Source: Phaeosaccion multiseriatum (Eukaryota > Protista > Ochrophyta, other classes). From it: a stretch of 64,000 bases of DNA. The stretch covers positions 2,790,001-2,854,000 of the forward strand of contig OZ218963.1 of NCBI GenBank assembly GCA_965112735.1, read 5' to 3'. Below are positions 1-11,236 of this stretch, in pieces. The translations under genes were made by a program, and so were the position numbers. The first letter of the stretch is position 1, and each line of letters opens with the position of its first letter. Under the pieces are notes generated by a model, which ran no database searches, had not been told where the DNA came from, and was given only the letters and a program-made list of their open reading frames with translations.

Positions 1-64
1 GAGTGAGTGAGTGAGTGAGTGAGTGAGTGAGTGAGTGAGTGAGTGAGTGAGTGAGTGAGTGAGT
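1..64. repeat. (GAGT)n microsatellite, probably intronic in the dynamin gene
   Basis: Perfect GAGT tandem array from base 1. Confidence 0.95.
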
Positions 65-307
65 GAGAAGGCAGGGCGGCGGGGCCAAGGCAACAGGAGG
101 GGGGGAATGGGTTGCCACCTTCGAGGTCCGGAAAGTACCCCACGCATTACTACTCGACGTTGAATATGCTGGTGGGTTTGACTTGCCTCTCTCACACTTG
201 TCTAAGCTGTCAATCCGAAACCACCCAGTGGGACCATGTCCGCCTTTCGTCGCTTGCCAACCCACCCACCCATCCCCTCTCTTCCTGCCTCCGTCTACGC
301 GGCGCAG

Positions 308-3300
308 GGCTACGTGATGGTAAAGAACCGCAACCAATCTGAGCTCAGCTCAGGGGTGTCCAACCGAGAAGCGCGGCGGATCGAGGCCAACTTCTTCCAA
401 CAACACCCCAGCTTCAAGGCGTGCGACTCCAAGCTGTTCGGCGTGGAGAACCTCACCAATAGACTCACGCAGCTGCTGGTGGGGCGGATACAGCACGAGC
501 TGACGCCCATGAAGGCGGAGGTGGAGAGGGCTCTCGCAGGGGTACGTTTGTGCGTATGTGCGTGTGTGCAGCTCTTGTTCCACCTGGGGGCTGCTCTGTC
601 TCTGTCTCTGTTGGCTCTGGCTCTGTCTCTGACTCTGTCATTGCGTTTGTTCATTGCGGGAAAAGATGTGAAGGAGGTTTGAGACCGTTTGATTTCTCTG
701 TTTTGGCGTCCCTTCCGAGCAGGTACGGGCAGAGCTCAAGTCTCTGGCGGGGGTGGGCAGCACCAAGAGCAGCATCGACAGGCAGAAGACGCTCGTGACC
801 ATCACGCAAGAGTTAAGCTGAAGCTGAGCTTCGGACCAAGTGGAAAGGATCGGTGTACTCAGCTCTCTCTGTCTCTGTCGCCTCTCCTCCTCTTACGCGG
901 AGTCTCCGTTGCATGCTCTGTGCCCACTGATGCCCCATGCCCGTAGGTATGTGCGCCATCTGAACAGCGTGGTCCAAGGCGAGTACCGAGATCGCATCAT
1001 CGTTGTGCACCCCCAGCTGCGCCTGTACACGAGGGCGCTCAACGTGTTCGACGCGCTCAAGGCCAAGATCGAGAACACGGCGCCCAAGTTCAAGGACGAC
1101 AACTTCGTGCAGGTCAGAAGGAAGGAGGAGAGCACGCATGGCTTTCGCCCCTCCCAAGCCGAAGCGAAGGGGGGGGACGAGCTAACCACCGTCTTTTGCC
1201 TTTTCTCTCTCCTTCGTCTCTTCCATGAATAGATTTTGGCCTCCCAGATGGACTCCCTACGCGGGCGAGAGTTGCCGGGCTTCATGTCAGCGCAGTCCTT
1301 CTACATGTTCATGGCGCAGTACGTGGAGGCGTGGAGAGACCCCGCCCGGTGAGAGCCTCGTGCAGAAACTTTGCCCTCTCCCTCCCGTCCAATATGTACG
1401 CACCCACCCACTGCGTCCTATCTCTGCTCGCCCTTTGCGCTTCTGTTCCCTCTCACCCGATTCCCCCTCGATCCCCCGTACGCTCGCCTCTACGCCCTTC
1501 CCCTCTTGATTGCCCCCCATTGATGTACTCCCCTGCTCCTCTTGATTGTGCCTCATTGCTGTACGCCGCCTGCACCCATAGTGTGGCGTGTGCAGAGATC
1601 CGGTCCCTCACGCTGGAGGTGGCATCAAAGCTGCTGGAGGTGCTGGTGGTGACTTATCCGCAGCTCAGAGAGGCGGTGCGAGGCTCAGCAGGCAGAGTAC
1701 TCGAGAGAGTCTACCACGAGGCTCTTGAGGTTGGTGTGGGTGGGTGTGTGGGTGTGGGTATGTCCGTGGGTTTGGGTTTCTTTCCACGCACGTGCCGTCC
1801 AATCCATCGGCTTCTGCACGACTCAAGAGGAAGGCAGAGCACTCTACATGGATATGGAGGCAGAGCACTCTTTATCTCAGCCCCTCTCCTACCACTCCTG
1901 CTAGGCACTGGACGACCTGCTACTGAAGGAGAAGGACCCCTTCACCATCAACGACTTTCTGGAGCAGCACATCAACAAGCTCCGCTATGACCGCTTCGAG
2001 GCGGCCGTCTCTCACGCCTTCGAGAACGTGCAGAGCAGCCACGAGTCCTGGCTCGGGGCTAAGGACGAGGCGAGTGGCTTCCTCAGGCAATGGTGTGTGA
2101 GAGAGAGAGAGGTGCATCTGTTTGAGAGGGCGGCGGGGGGTGATGGACGGGAGAATGGTGAACCCTCCGCACTACTTACCAGTCAGCAGCTCTCCTCCAC
2201 CTTCAGCAGTGCCCGAAGTAACCCCCCGGGACTCTCTCCCGCCGCAATGACAATGATAGGTACCGCACCACGCACGGTGTGAACTCGTTCAGCAATGCAG
2301 AGGACATGAGCGCCATCTTGGAGGCATATTGGCTGCTCGCCGCCAAGCGCTTCGTCGACAACGTGTGCATGACCTTGGACAAGAAGGTCGGTCCGTGGGG
2401 CTGCGGGGCCCATTTCCCCCCCTGCACTACCCCTGATGTCCTTCTGTCCCTCTGTCCCCCTTCCGCACACGATGGACTTTCATTGTTGAACTTTTCGAAT
2501 CCTCGAGTAGATAATGGGCGCGGTGGCGCGGCTGCTGCAGGAGGAGTGCTACCGCTTCGTGCACGACGAGGGGAAGCTCGCAAGGTTCTTCGAAGATGAC
2601 GCCAAGCTGGTGAGTGAGTGAGTGCGCGTTCAGGTGCAGAGCGTGTCGGGGAGTGAAGGAAAAGGTGTACACCTCACGTGCACATGAAACGCCACGCCTC
2701 ATCCCACGCTCGAGGTTACCATCCTCGCCTCGGAGGGGGCGCAGAAGATGATTGCAAGGAGGGGAGGGGAGGGGAGGGCTGCTGATTCGTCTGCCTTCGC
2801 TTGAGTGCGTGTGGAGAGCTGAGCGAAAGGGGCGAGCCAGATGGGCAACGCTTTTTGAGGGGCAAGACCCGACACATTCCCAGGCTTCGCTTGACTCCCT
2901 TCGATCCAGTACTGAACGACCTGCCCTACCTGTCTGTCTGGCTGTCTGCCTGTCTGACTTGCTGGTCAGGTGTCTCACAAGGCGGAGTTGCTGGAGAAGA
3001 GAGACCGCCTCTCCAAGGCCAATGCAGCCATGGCGAACATACAGGTCAGCAGCAGCAGCTAAGCTGGCGGGGGGGGGTGCAGACTATGGCGGTTGATTCG
3101 GATGGGAGGGGGGGGATTTTGAGGGGACGCATGTGCTTGAGAGCATGTGTGTGTACTGAAAATGGTCAACACTGGGGTAGACCACGTGGATTTTCCTGAA
3201 GGGATTTCATCATGCCCGTCCTCGAGCCTTACTCAGGAGCCCACGCTCGCAGCGCAGAGAGAACGACCCTTGCACTCTGGGCAGTCTTTCCGTTTCCCTC

Positions 3301-3631
3301 ATCGCCTCCTCCTTCTCGGCCCTGCTCGGACTTACCCCTTCCTTCTCCATAGGTGCGGAAGTCTGGGACAACGCAGGTTCGAGTGACGGTGACCGTTGGG
3401 CCCTTGGGCCTGGGTCTGTCCCTCGCCGATGAGAACGGAAAGGTGGTGGTGCGGGGCTTCCGGCCAATGCCGGACGGACACCGCAACCCTGGGCAGGACG
3501 CGGGGGTGCAGCTTGGGGACTTGCTAGAGCAGCTCGACGGACACGTGATGGGCTCTTTCCAGGAGGCCATCGAGAGACTCAAGGTCGCCAAGGGGACGGT
3601 CGTGCTCACCCTGCTGCGCTCGGGCGGCTGA
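308..3631 (+). CDS. Mx-like dynamin-family GTPase, 3' part (middle domain, GED, C-terminal PDZ); multi-exon, 5' end outside the window
   Basis: Spliced exons give GYVMVKNR...FGVENLTNRLTQLL, LRGRELPGF (Mx/dynamin stalk motif), AYWLLAAKRFVDNV (GED) and ELLEKRDRLSKA. Last exon ~3352-3631 is PDZ-like (GPLGLGLSL...AGVQLGDLLEQLDG...VVLTLLR). GT-AG junctions keep frame. Confidence 0.88.
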
Positions 3632-4377
3632 ACACACACACACACACACACACACATACACAGAGAGAGAGGCGGAGGGCGGCTGTATGGAAGGGGTCGG
3701 GGAGGCAGAGACACGCACTTAGTACCTTGTAGCAGGCAGGCAGAGCGGGAGGTGGCCCGGCCCTTCCTGCTGAACTCTTTGTTCTACACTCTGCCTCCTT
3801 CTAGGCATTGGCCTGTTGCTGGAAACCGGGGGGCGTCCTTTCGATGAGGTGGAGGGGGTTGGGACCTTTTACTCTCTCACCGCCTCCCTTCGCTGGTCTG
3901 ACCAAGGAAAGAATCGCCTCTCGGCCCGACCTGGCTGGGGTGTTCCTTTCTCGACCTGCTTGCTTGGTGTTAGGAGCCCACGTTTTTGGAGTCCCGTCCT
4001 CTTGGCTGCCCGTTTGACATGTGTTGCTCTCCCGCCTTTACCCCTTCCCTCATTGGTACCGTCCCTTACCATCCAAATTTGCTCTCCAATGTGTACATTT
4101 TTTTTTTTTTAAGATTAATATTCGAAGCGAAAGGCCCAACATCAATGCCGCCCGCGCTTCTTACCGCTCCTGTTGTCTGGGTTCCCTACCAAAAGGCTCA
4201 TGACAGGCTCCCTCCCTCTTCCCTGCCACCCACACGCACGCGCGTCTACCATCTCTTTCGACTCTTCTTTATTATCGATTCGCCATCCCATTGTCCTTTC
4301 TCCACGCCCCCGAAAAGTCGTAAAAGAAGTTTTTCCGACTGTCCTCGCTCACCGTTCGGCGCAGTCTCGACCATTGT

Positions 4378-5862
4378 CTACCTCAGCCCCTCCAGGCCCT
4401 CCGGCACCTCCTCGTCGGACACTTTGCCAAACTCATCCGTAGAGAACTTTTTCTTCACCGCCTCGAGCTTGCGACGGGACGCGGTGATGGGCTGCGCGTG
4501 CAGAAATTTGAGTATGAGTTTGGAGACCGGCAAGAGCATGTCCTCGTGCATGTTGCAGTACTTCTCCATTACGGGTGGCCACCCTGGGACGGTGGCCGAC
4601 CTCTCCACGAGTCTGCTGAGGTAGACGCAGGCGGCTGCCACCAAGCTGGGGCGATAGCTGAGAATGTCGTGCTCCTGCAGGGCGCGCTCCGAGAAAAAGT
4701 TGGCCCGGTGCAGCTGCCTCGCCGTGGCGTCTGACACTTTCAGGTACCGCACGAGGAAGTTCCACGTGGTTGGGACCGTAATGCGGAACTGCAGGCGCAC
4801 GAGAATGGTCTGCTCCATGTCCAGTACCTCCTGCCGGCTGTAGGCGTTGTCCGTGATGTAGACACAGTCCCGCACCTCTGGCGGGTAAATCTCCTCGTAC
4901 TTGCACCCGATCAGCAAAGCCGTTACGCCGACGAGCTGCAGCTTGCTCCGATGCACGTTCTCCAGCATACAGTAGCGGTCGATTATGTGGCACGTCAAGT
5001 ACAGTGTGGGGTCCGCGAGCTTGAACTTCTGGTGCACCTCTACGATCCAATCGATGAGGATGGCACGCATCTTGCCGTTGATATCCGTCTGCGTGTGCAT
5101 GTAGCACGTTGGCGAGTAGCGCTCCTCGCCCTCTTTGAACCGCTGGTACAAGTCCACTGCATACTCTGCACACGCCAGTGGGTCTTCAATGTCTCCCCGG
5201 TCGTGGTCGTCCACCGGCGGTGGCGGGAAGTTGCACCGCCGACGTCTTTCCTGCTCCTCCCTCTGTTTGGCTCTGGCAGCCAGGCGCATGGCATTTCTTG
5301 CCTCCCTCAGCGTGCCGACATCCACTAAAGGAAGTCTCCGCTGCCGCTCACTTCCATCATCTGCAGCTGCTGCTGGTGCGTGTGGTGGAGGCACAGGCTC
5401 TACCTCATTCACAGTCGCGCTTGAGGCATTGCCAAGTCTCCTGCTGTTCGTGCTGCCAACGCTGCTCCTGCTGCTGGCCTTCCCCTTTGCCACATGCTGC
5501 CTGAGACAAGAGCTCTCGGACGCGGACGTTCCTGTCGTTGCCGAAGCCCCACACGCTCTGGCTTCCAGGTTCCCCACCATGCCTCTGACGCTGACGGTGG
5601 CCCCCTCTATCTGCACCGGTGCTTTCCTCTGTTCACCGAGACAAATAGACAGAAAGAAAGAGGGGTCATAGAGTTAATAAACGGAGAATACGCGTCAAGA
5701 GGCAAGCTCCTATTTGTACCTGCTTCTTGGATGCCTTTTGCTCCACCCGGTTCTCGACATTGGCCAAGGCCAGTCTGGCAGAGCGACCGGAGCGTGTGGC
5801 CATCCGATTCAGCGCCCCTACCACGGTCGATCCCTTGTCTTCTCCATTCTCCCCTCTGTTGC

Positions 5863-5902
<40 letters not shown>

Positions 5903-5968
5903 GTCTCGGTGGATTGGAAATCCCGCCAACGGCGGATCCACGCCCCCAAACTTCCTCTTGGGTGCCAT
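4378..5968 (-). CDS. Mitotic B-type cyclin, 2 exons (5968-5720, 5610-4378)
   Basis: Destruction box RLALANVEN; cyclin box MRAILIDWIVEVH, LQLVGVTALLIGCKYEEIYPP; GT-AG intron 5719-5611. Confidence 0.93.
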
Positions 5969-6235
5969 GTTCTCCTCGTCCTTTGTGCCCGGGCAGGGCG
6001 GGAGCACGAGGGCTCAAGACTCCATCCAGCTGCCGAAGAAGCGCAGCCCTCTACGGGTGAGGGGACGGGCCACCAACGGCAGCAAAAGAGCGATATCAAA
6101 GAGCGCACAAGGCAAGGTCCTCCCCAAACAAACTGCCACTTTAACCTCCACGACCACAGTCGTTGGCCGCCTCAGAAGACAGCACGCCGCAGACAGAAAA
6201 GACTGTGAGCACCCAATCTACAGCCTGGACAAAAA

Positions 6236-8632
6236 TTGCTGCTCCTCCTGCCCCTGCTGCCTTTACTTACTTCACTGTTAATCCATGTGTTCTCGAGCCG
6301 GTCGCTTGCCTTCTGCTGCCATTCTAGCCTACCTAAGAGTAAAATGATAAACAACTCCTTCGCGGAACCCGCGCTTCACAATCAGAGGAGGGGGCGGAGG
6401 CGAAGCGAAATTACCGGGCTTGAGACTAGGATGGAGCGCTGGCACATCAAGGCAGGATGAGATGAGAAAGGGGAGGAGGCCCCCAGAGGTCGACCGCAGA
6501 ACATAGAGGAGCTTTGGGATGGCTCACACGGCGCAGGTAGGCCCCAACGCCAGACTTCATGCGTTGACAAACGAAGAAAAGTGCACCTCCGTTGCCAAGG
6601 ATGGCGGAGCCTTTGTGGGAGACTTGTCAGCCTTCGACGCACAAGGCAGCAGCGTTCAGGGACTTGTAGCCTACGTCCCCCAGAGCGTGAATCCGGCACG
6701 GTACGAGCGCTGGTGCTTTGAGAGGTTGATCGCCATTGCGGAGTACGCAGCCTCTTTGACACTCGACACGCCCCCGCAAGTGGTGCTGACCATGGACTAA
6801 GACGTGCTGCCCCTTCGCGACCCCAAGGAGCTGCTCTTGTCGCTCTTGCCCGCTCTGAAGGCGGGCGGCACACTGGCGGGGGGGGTGGTGGAGTAGTACC
6901 GTCATCATTATCAGCTTCTCCAGGCGATGACTTTGAGAGCCTTTCCTTGATCTGGGGGGCGTGCCCTTTTTGGTCTCTCAAGGGCTTGCAACTATTCACG
7001 GACTTCCTGCGGGGCATCTGGAGCGGCACAGCGGTCGACTTGGACATGATCAGAAGGGCGTCGTACAAATTCGCCAGCAAGCGCTTCACGAGCAGTCCCG
7101 CAGAGAACTTGCGGCTCATCCCGGTGAAGAGGGGCGACACCATCGTGTGTCATTTCTCGGACATGTACGCGTGGGTGGAGTTCAGTCGCGCGGCCCCGGC
7201 TCTACGGCACATTGCTCAACACAACAACAAATAACGGCACCTTCCTCCTCCTTCTCACATCAACATGAACACCAACAGCAGCGAGATGATGACTTCCTTG
7301 TGGTGGCGTCGTTTTCGCAAATTGTGCCGCACAAAGGCCTCACCCTGTGGATGGCCGAAGGGCAGGTGGTGGCCGTCCCTCGCTCGCTGCAGTCTCCTGC
7401 CACGGCTCTGTTCAAGCCCCGAGCAGTGGGGGTCATTCACTTCGACGGTTCTAACAAGGAGCGCGTCCTCCCCTTCATAGCAGAGCTGGAGATGCGTGGC
7501 TGGGAGGGGGGGAAGGCTTCGACCTGGCAACTGTCCTGACACCAACAGGTACAGGCGTAGAGCGGTCCAAGCAGCCCCCTCCTCCTCCACACCTACTATT
7601 CATTTACGGGTTCGAGCACTCGGGGGGGAACTTGCTTGTGCACATGCTCGCAAGGCTTTTCTGGGACACCACGTGCATCGGCATGAGTAGCAATCGCAGC
7701 AGTGGTAGTATAGGCAGTGGTGCTTCATTGGACCAGCGAGGAGCCTTTACAGTGGGAGCAGACGCGGCGAAGCACGTGTACCCTCCTCTGTAAGCCCGCC
7801 GCAGCGGCTCAGTGGGGCTCTGTGGTTGCTCAGAGGTGCTGTGCTGGCACTGGTGTCCCAAGCTGCAAGGCGACTTGGTTACGGACGACAATCGCCGCGG
7901 GGTCTTGGCCGCGTGGAACGAGGCCCGGTGCAGCAACCAACTGGCGCAGAGAAAGGTGTTGATGATCCAGGAGATGGACTTTGCGGTGTTTTCCAAGCAA
8001 GCGCTCTTCCCTCGGCGCTCGTCCAGCGTGTTGGTGGTACGGCACCCCATGTGCACGGAAGAGGGCGGGTTGAAGGGATGGGAGAGCGCGTGGCTCCACT
8101 TGCTGCTGGCAGAGGAGAGCCCTCTCCTCTTCACCGAGCGGGGGGTCGAGAGGGAGGAGGGGGGGGGCGAGCCCTCCTCCTCCGTCGTGGTGGTACGCTA
8201 CGAGGACCTCATACGTGCCCCCAATGTCCTGCGAGGGCTGCTGGAGAAGGACCTGGGGTTGCTGATGGAAGGGGGGCGGCAGTTGGTGATGCAGCAGCAA
8301 CCTCGCGCTTCACCTTCGGGCAAGACGTCCTGCACGACCCTCTGCTGCCATCTGGCGCACCTGGAGCAGCATCAGGGGGCCTTAAGCAGGGCCACCTGCC
8401 CAACAAGAAGTGCTCGCCCCCGTGCTCGGCAGCCGGCGGCTTCTACTCCGAGTGCCAGGCCTCTCGGGAAGGCACCATGCTCGCTGCTCACTTGGGCTAC
8501 TTCTTTGACTACTTTGACGAGCTGCCGAGCCCCTTCGAGCTCCGGGCAGGCGACCCCGTGCGGCTGTTCACGAGGGAGACTTTCCTGGACCTACGGGCCT
8601 CCATTCTCCGCACCTCTTCGTTTTTTTTTTAA
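6236..8632 (+). pseudogene. Decayed intronless glycosyltransferase-like + sulfotransferase fusion gene
   Basis: Hydrophobic anchor near 6236; YERWCFER, MD*DV (DxD-like), HFSDM, IHFDGSNK; then LFIYGFEHSGGNLL (5'-PSB-like loop), VVRHP, VRYEDL. In-frame stops at 6458, 6798, 7232, 7791 plus frameshifts near 6880, 7275, 7510, 8300. Confidence 0.7.
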
Positions 8633-9080
8633 AAAAAAAAAATTCTATGAACACTCGATTTGCGTAATCCGCCCCTGACATGCTTCTGAGGCGACGCGAC
8701 GCCCTGCTTCCTGCTTCTGGCCGGCGCCAGCCAGCCGGCCAGGCAGGTTCCAGGTTCTGGGGGAAAGCCATGTACTAAGGCAATGATGAGGGCCAAAGTT
8801 GGTTCCTGCTTGTGGCCGGCGCCAGCCGGCTTTTCCTGCTTCTGGGCTGGCCTGTCTCAGAAGCATGTCAGGGGCCGAGCGTAAGAATCGCCCAAATCGT
8901 CCCCAAAAATTTTTTTGCACGAACTCAGCAAAATGACGCTGGGAGAAGCGCTACAGCTCTTCGTGTTGCTCTTTGAGATGCCTGATAGAGGCACTTTAGA
9001 GGGGGGGGGGGGGGAAGGGAGGGCCCTCTGGGCTGCAAGACACACCCTTATGGTAGCTATGATGGCCCTTAGGGCCACAG
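8631..9080. repeat. Dispersed repeat copy A (unclassified TE remnant), interrupted by a MITE
   Basis: CTCGATTTG...GAATCGCCCAAATCG...AAAATGACGCTGGGAGAAGCGCTA.AGCTCTTCGTGT.GCTCTTTGAGATGCCT recurs at ~22895-23010; both copies follow an A-tract and end near AGGGCCACAG. Confidence 0.8.
8668..8878. mobile_element. Non-autonomous TIR element (MITE) with 6-bp TSD GCGTAA
   Basis: TIRs TCCGCCCCTGACATGCTTCTGAG / CTCAGAAGCATGTCAGGGGCCGA; GCGTAA at 8662-8667 and 8879-8884; empty paralogous site near 22900. Confidence 0.88.
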
Positions 9081-10343
9081 AACTGAACTTGCCTCCCTTC
9101 CTTCCTTCTCCCTTCTTTACTTTAAGTACCCCTGAGGCAAAGGGGATCGGAGGAAAAAAAAAAAAAAAAAAAAAGGAAAAAAAAATGAATCAAATCAATT
9201 GAGAAAGAGGACATAGTGTTAATCCACTGCGCGAAAATGTGGCAGATAGCCATATTCTTTGACTGCACACCGGGTTCCATTCACCTGTCTATACATTATT
9301 TAGCGAAAGACTTTTGCCACAACCTTCCCATGACCGTACTTATTCAGAATCATTTCTTTATTAAGAACCGTCACTTTGTTTACCCAAACAAAGATAACCA
9401 CATTTGCCCGGCTGAAGAGTCACAGTCCCCCGCCGAGCTTGAGGTGCAAGGCGCGGAGCACCACTGCTCCGCCGCCCGGCTTGATGAAGCCCCTCACGGC
9501 CCGCCAAGGTCCGCGAGGTGTGGCGAGGGACATGCTGACGGGTAGAGAGAGCGAACGTGTACACACACCAAGAAAGGACCCATCCCCACATCTGCACCGA
9601 ATGCAACGCACGCAGTGTGTGAGAGAGTGCCGCGGCGCAGGGGGGGGGGCGTGACCGGACCAGGCCAGAAGAAGCAAATCTGCAATTGGCCGCTGCCATC
9701 TCCATTCTCTCTCCTTACTCTCTCACCTGTCGAGAGTCGCCAATGCCAGTGCCAAAGCAACGAGTTGAGAGGCCCAAAGACACGCCCCCACACCCAAAAA
9801 GCGTCTCTCCATCTTCTCTACGTGTCGTCCGCTCCCCTAGTTGCGAATGCTGCTCCTGTGCCATTTTTTTTTCCTTTCCTTCCCTTTCCTTGGTGAGATA
9901 AATCGATGTTGATTTTTGTCGCTGGTACTTCTCTCTTCTTCTGCTCAGATGCCTGTATGTAGCTAAAAAGAGACGCTTTCCCGCAGCACCCGGACGAGTC
10001 CGGCATTGGATCCCAAGAGGGAGATAATCACGGCACGACAATATATATACTGCACCCCACCCCCCCAGAGGATGATATCACGACACGCCAATATATAATT
10101 CTACTGAAGGATCCGATTTCGAACTCGTCCGGGTGTGGGAAAGCGTCTTCTTAGCTTCGTAAGAGTTTTCTACGCCTTGCAAGAGGACTGCCGCACAGCC
10201 GCTCTGGCCCACTAGGGCCACGAGACGATGTTACAGAAGGTGTGCGGCCCATAGACCCAGTTGTCAGCAAACCGGAGGGACGTTCGATACTATGCCCTCC
10301 CACCTTCCGTCCTCCCCTCCCTTCCGAGGCGCAACTACGCTGC

Positions 10344-11188
10344 CTAATCTGCATCGCTCCAGTCCCCCGTGCACTCTTCGCTCATGGACCCAACGTCCTC
10401 GTCAGAGCCCTCGCCCCCCCGAGCTGCCTCGCTGCCTCCTCCATCCCCAGCAGCTCCCTCCCCCTCCTCCTGCGCTGATGGCCAAGCTGAGTGGTACACG
10501 GGCCCCCCGGGGCCGTACATGTCCCGAACATATTTCTGTCCAGAAAGAAGAATTTTTAATCAGTTCAGCATTTGGGATCAAGACGTCAGGGCTGTAAAGT
10601 GGACATCCCCACGGAAACAAAAGTCACGGGCAAAAAAGCCAAGCCGAAGTGTGCGGGGGTGGGCCTGGGAAAATAGGAGTTGAGAAAAGGCAGAGCTTGA
10701 GAAGCACGCAGGCAGCCAGCGCGCACCTCGTCGTCGAAGGTGACGAGCATCTGCTCGGGAGCCGGCAAGAGAGCAACTATCAAGCCAGGCAGGCCGGGCA
10801 CGAGCGGGATCAAATTGAAGCCAATCTTCCTCGCCACCTTCGCCCATCGGGTCTGTAGTGCAAAAAGGGAGCAGAGAGCAACGGGGGTGGGGGGGGGGTT
10901 GAGGATGAAACCCACGTTGGGGAGAGACAAGGCTTGTCAATGTGAGTCGAAATCAAACCCGATCCCTGCGCAAGAGGGGGAAACGCATCTGTGTCCATGA
11001 TTGTTGTGTGTGGGTGCGAAAGAAGTGGACAGAGGAGGAGAGGGGCTTTTGCCTGCGCCTATATCCACACTTCAACTCTTCTGTCGCAGCAGAGAGCCGA
11101 GTCCGTCAAGCATTCTTGCATGCCTCTGCGAACATCCTCTCTTGCCTCTATACAACCCCCCCCCCGCCCACACACACCACATACACAC

Positions 11189-11236
<48 letters not shown>

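Noticed and set aside
6458-7793. Stop-codon reassignment (three in-frame TAA in one gene; none of the reconstructed genes ends in TAA)
   Set aside because: The same locus has a TGA and several frameshifts, the stops fit C-to-T decay, and the conserved genes show no in-frame TAA; a pseudogene is simpler
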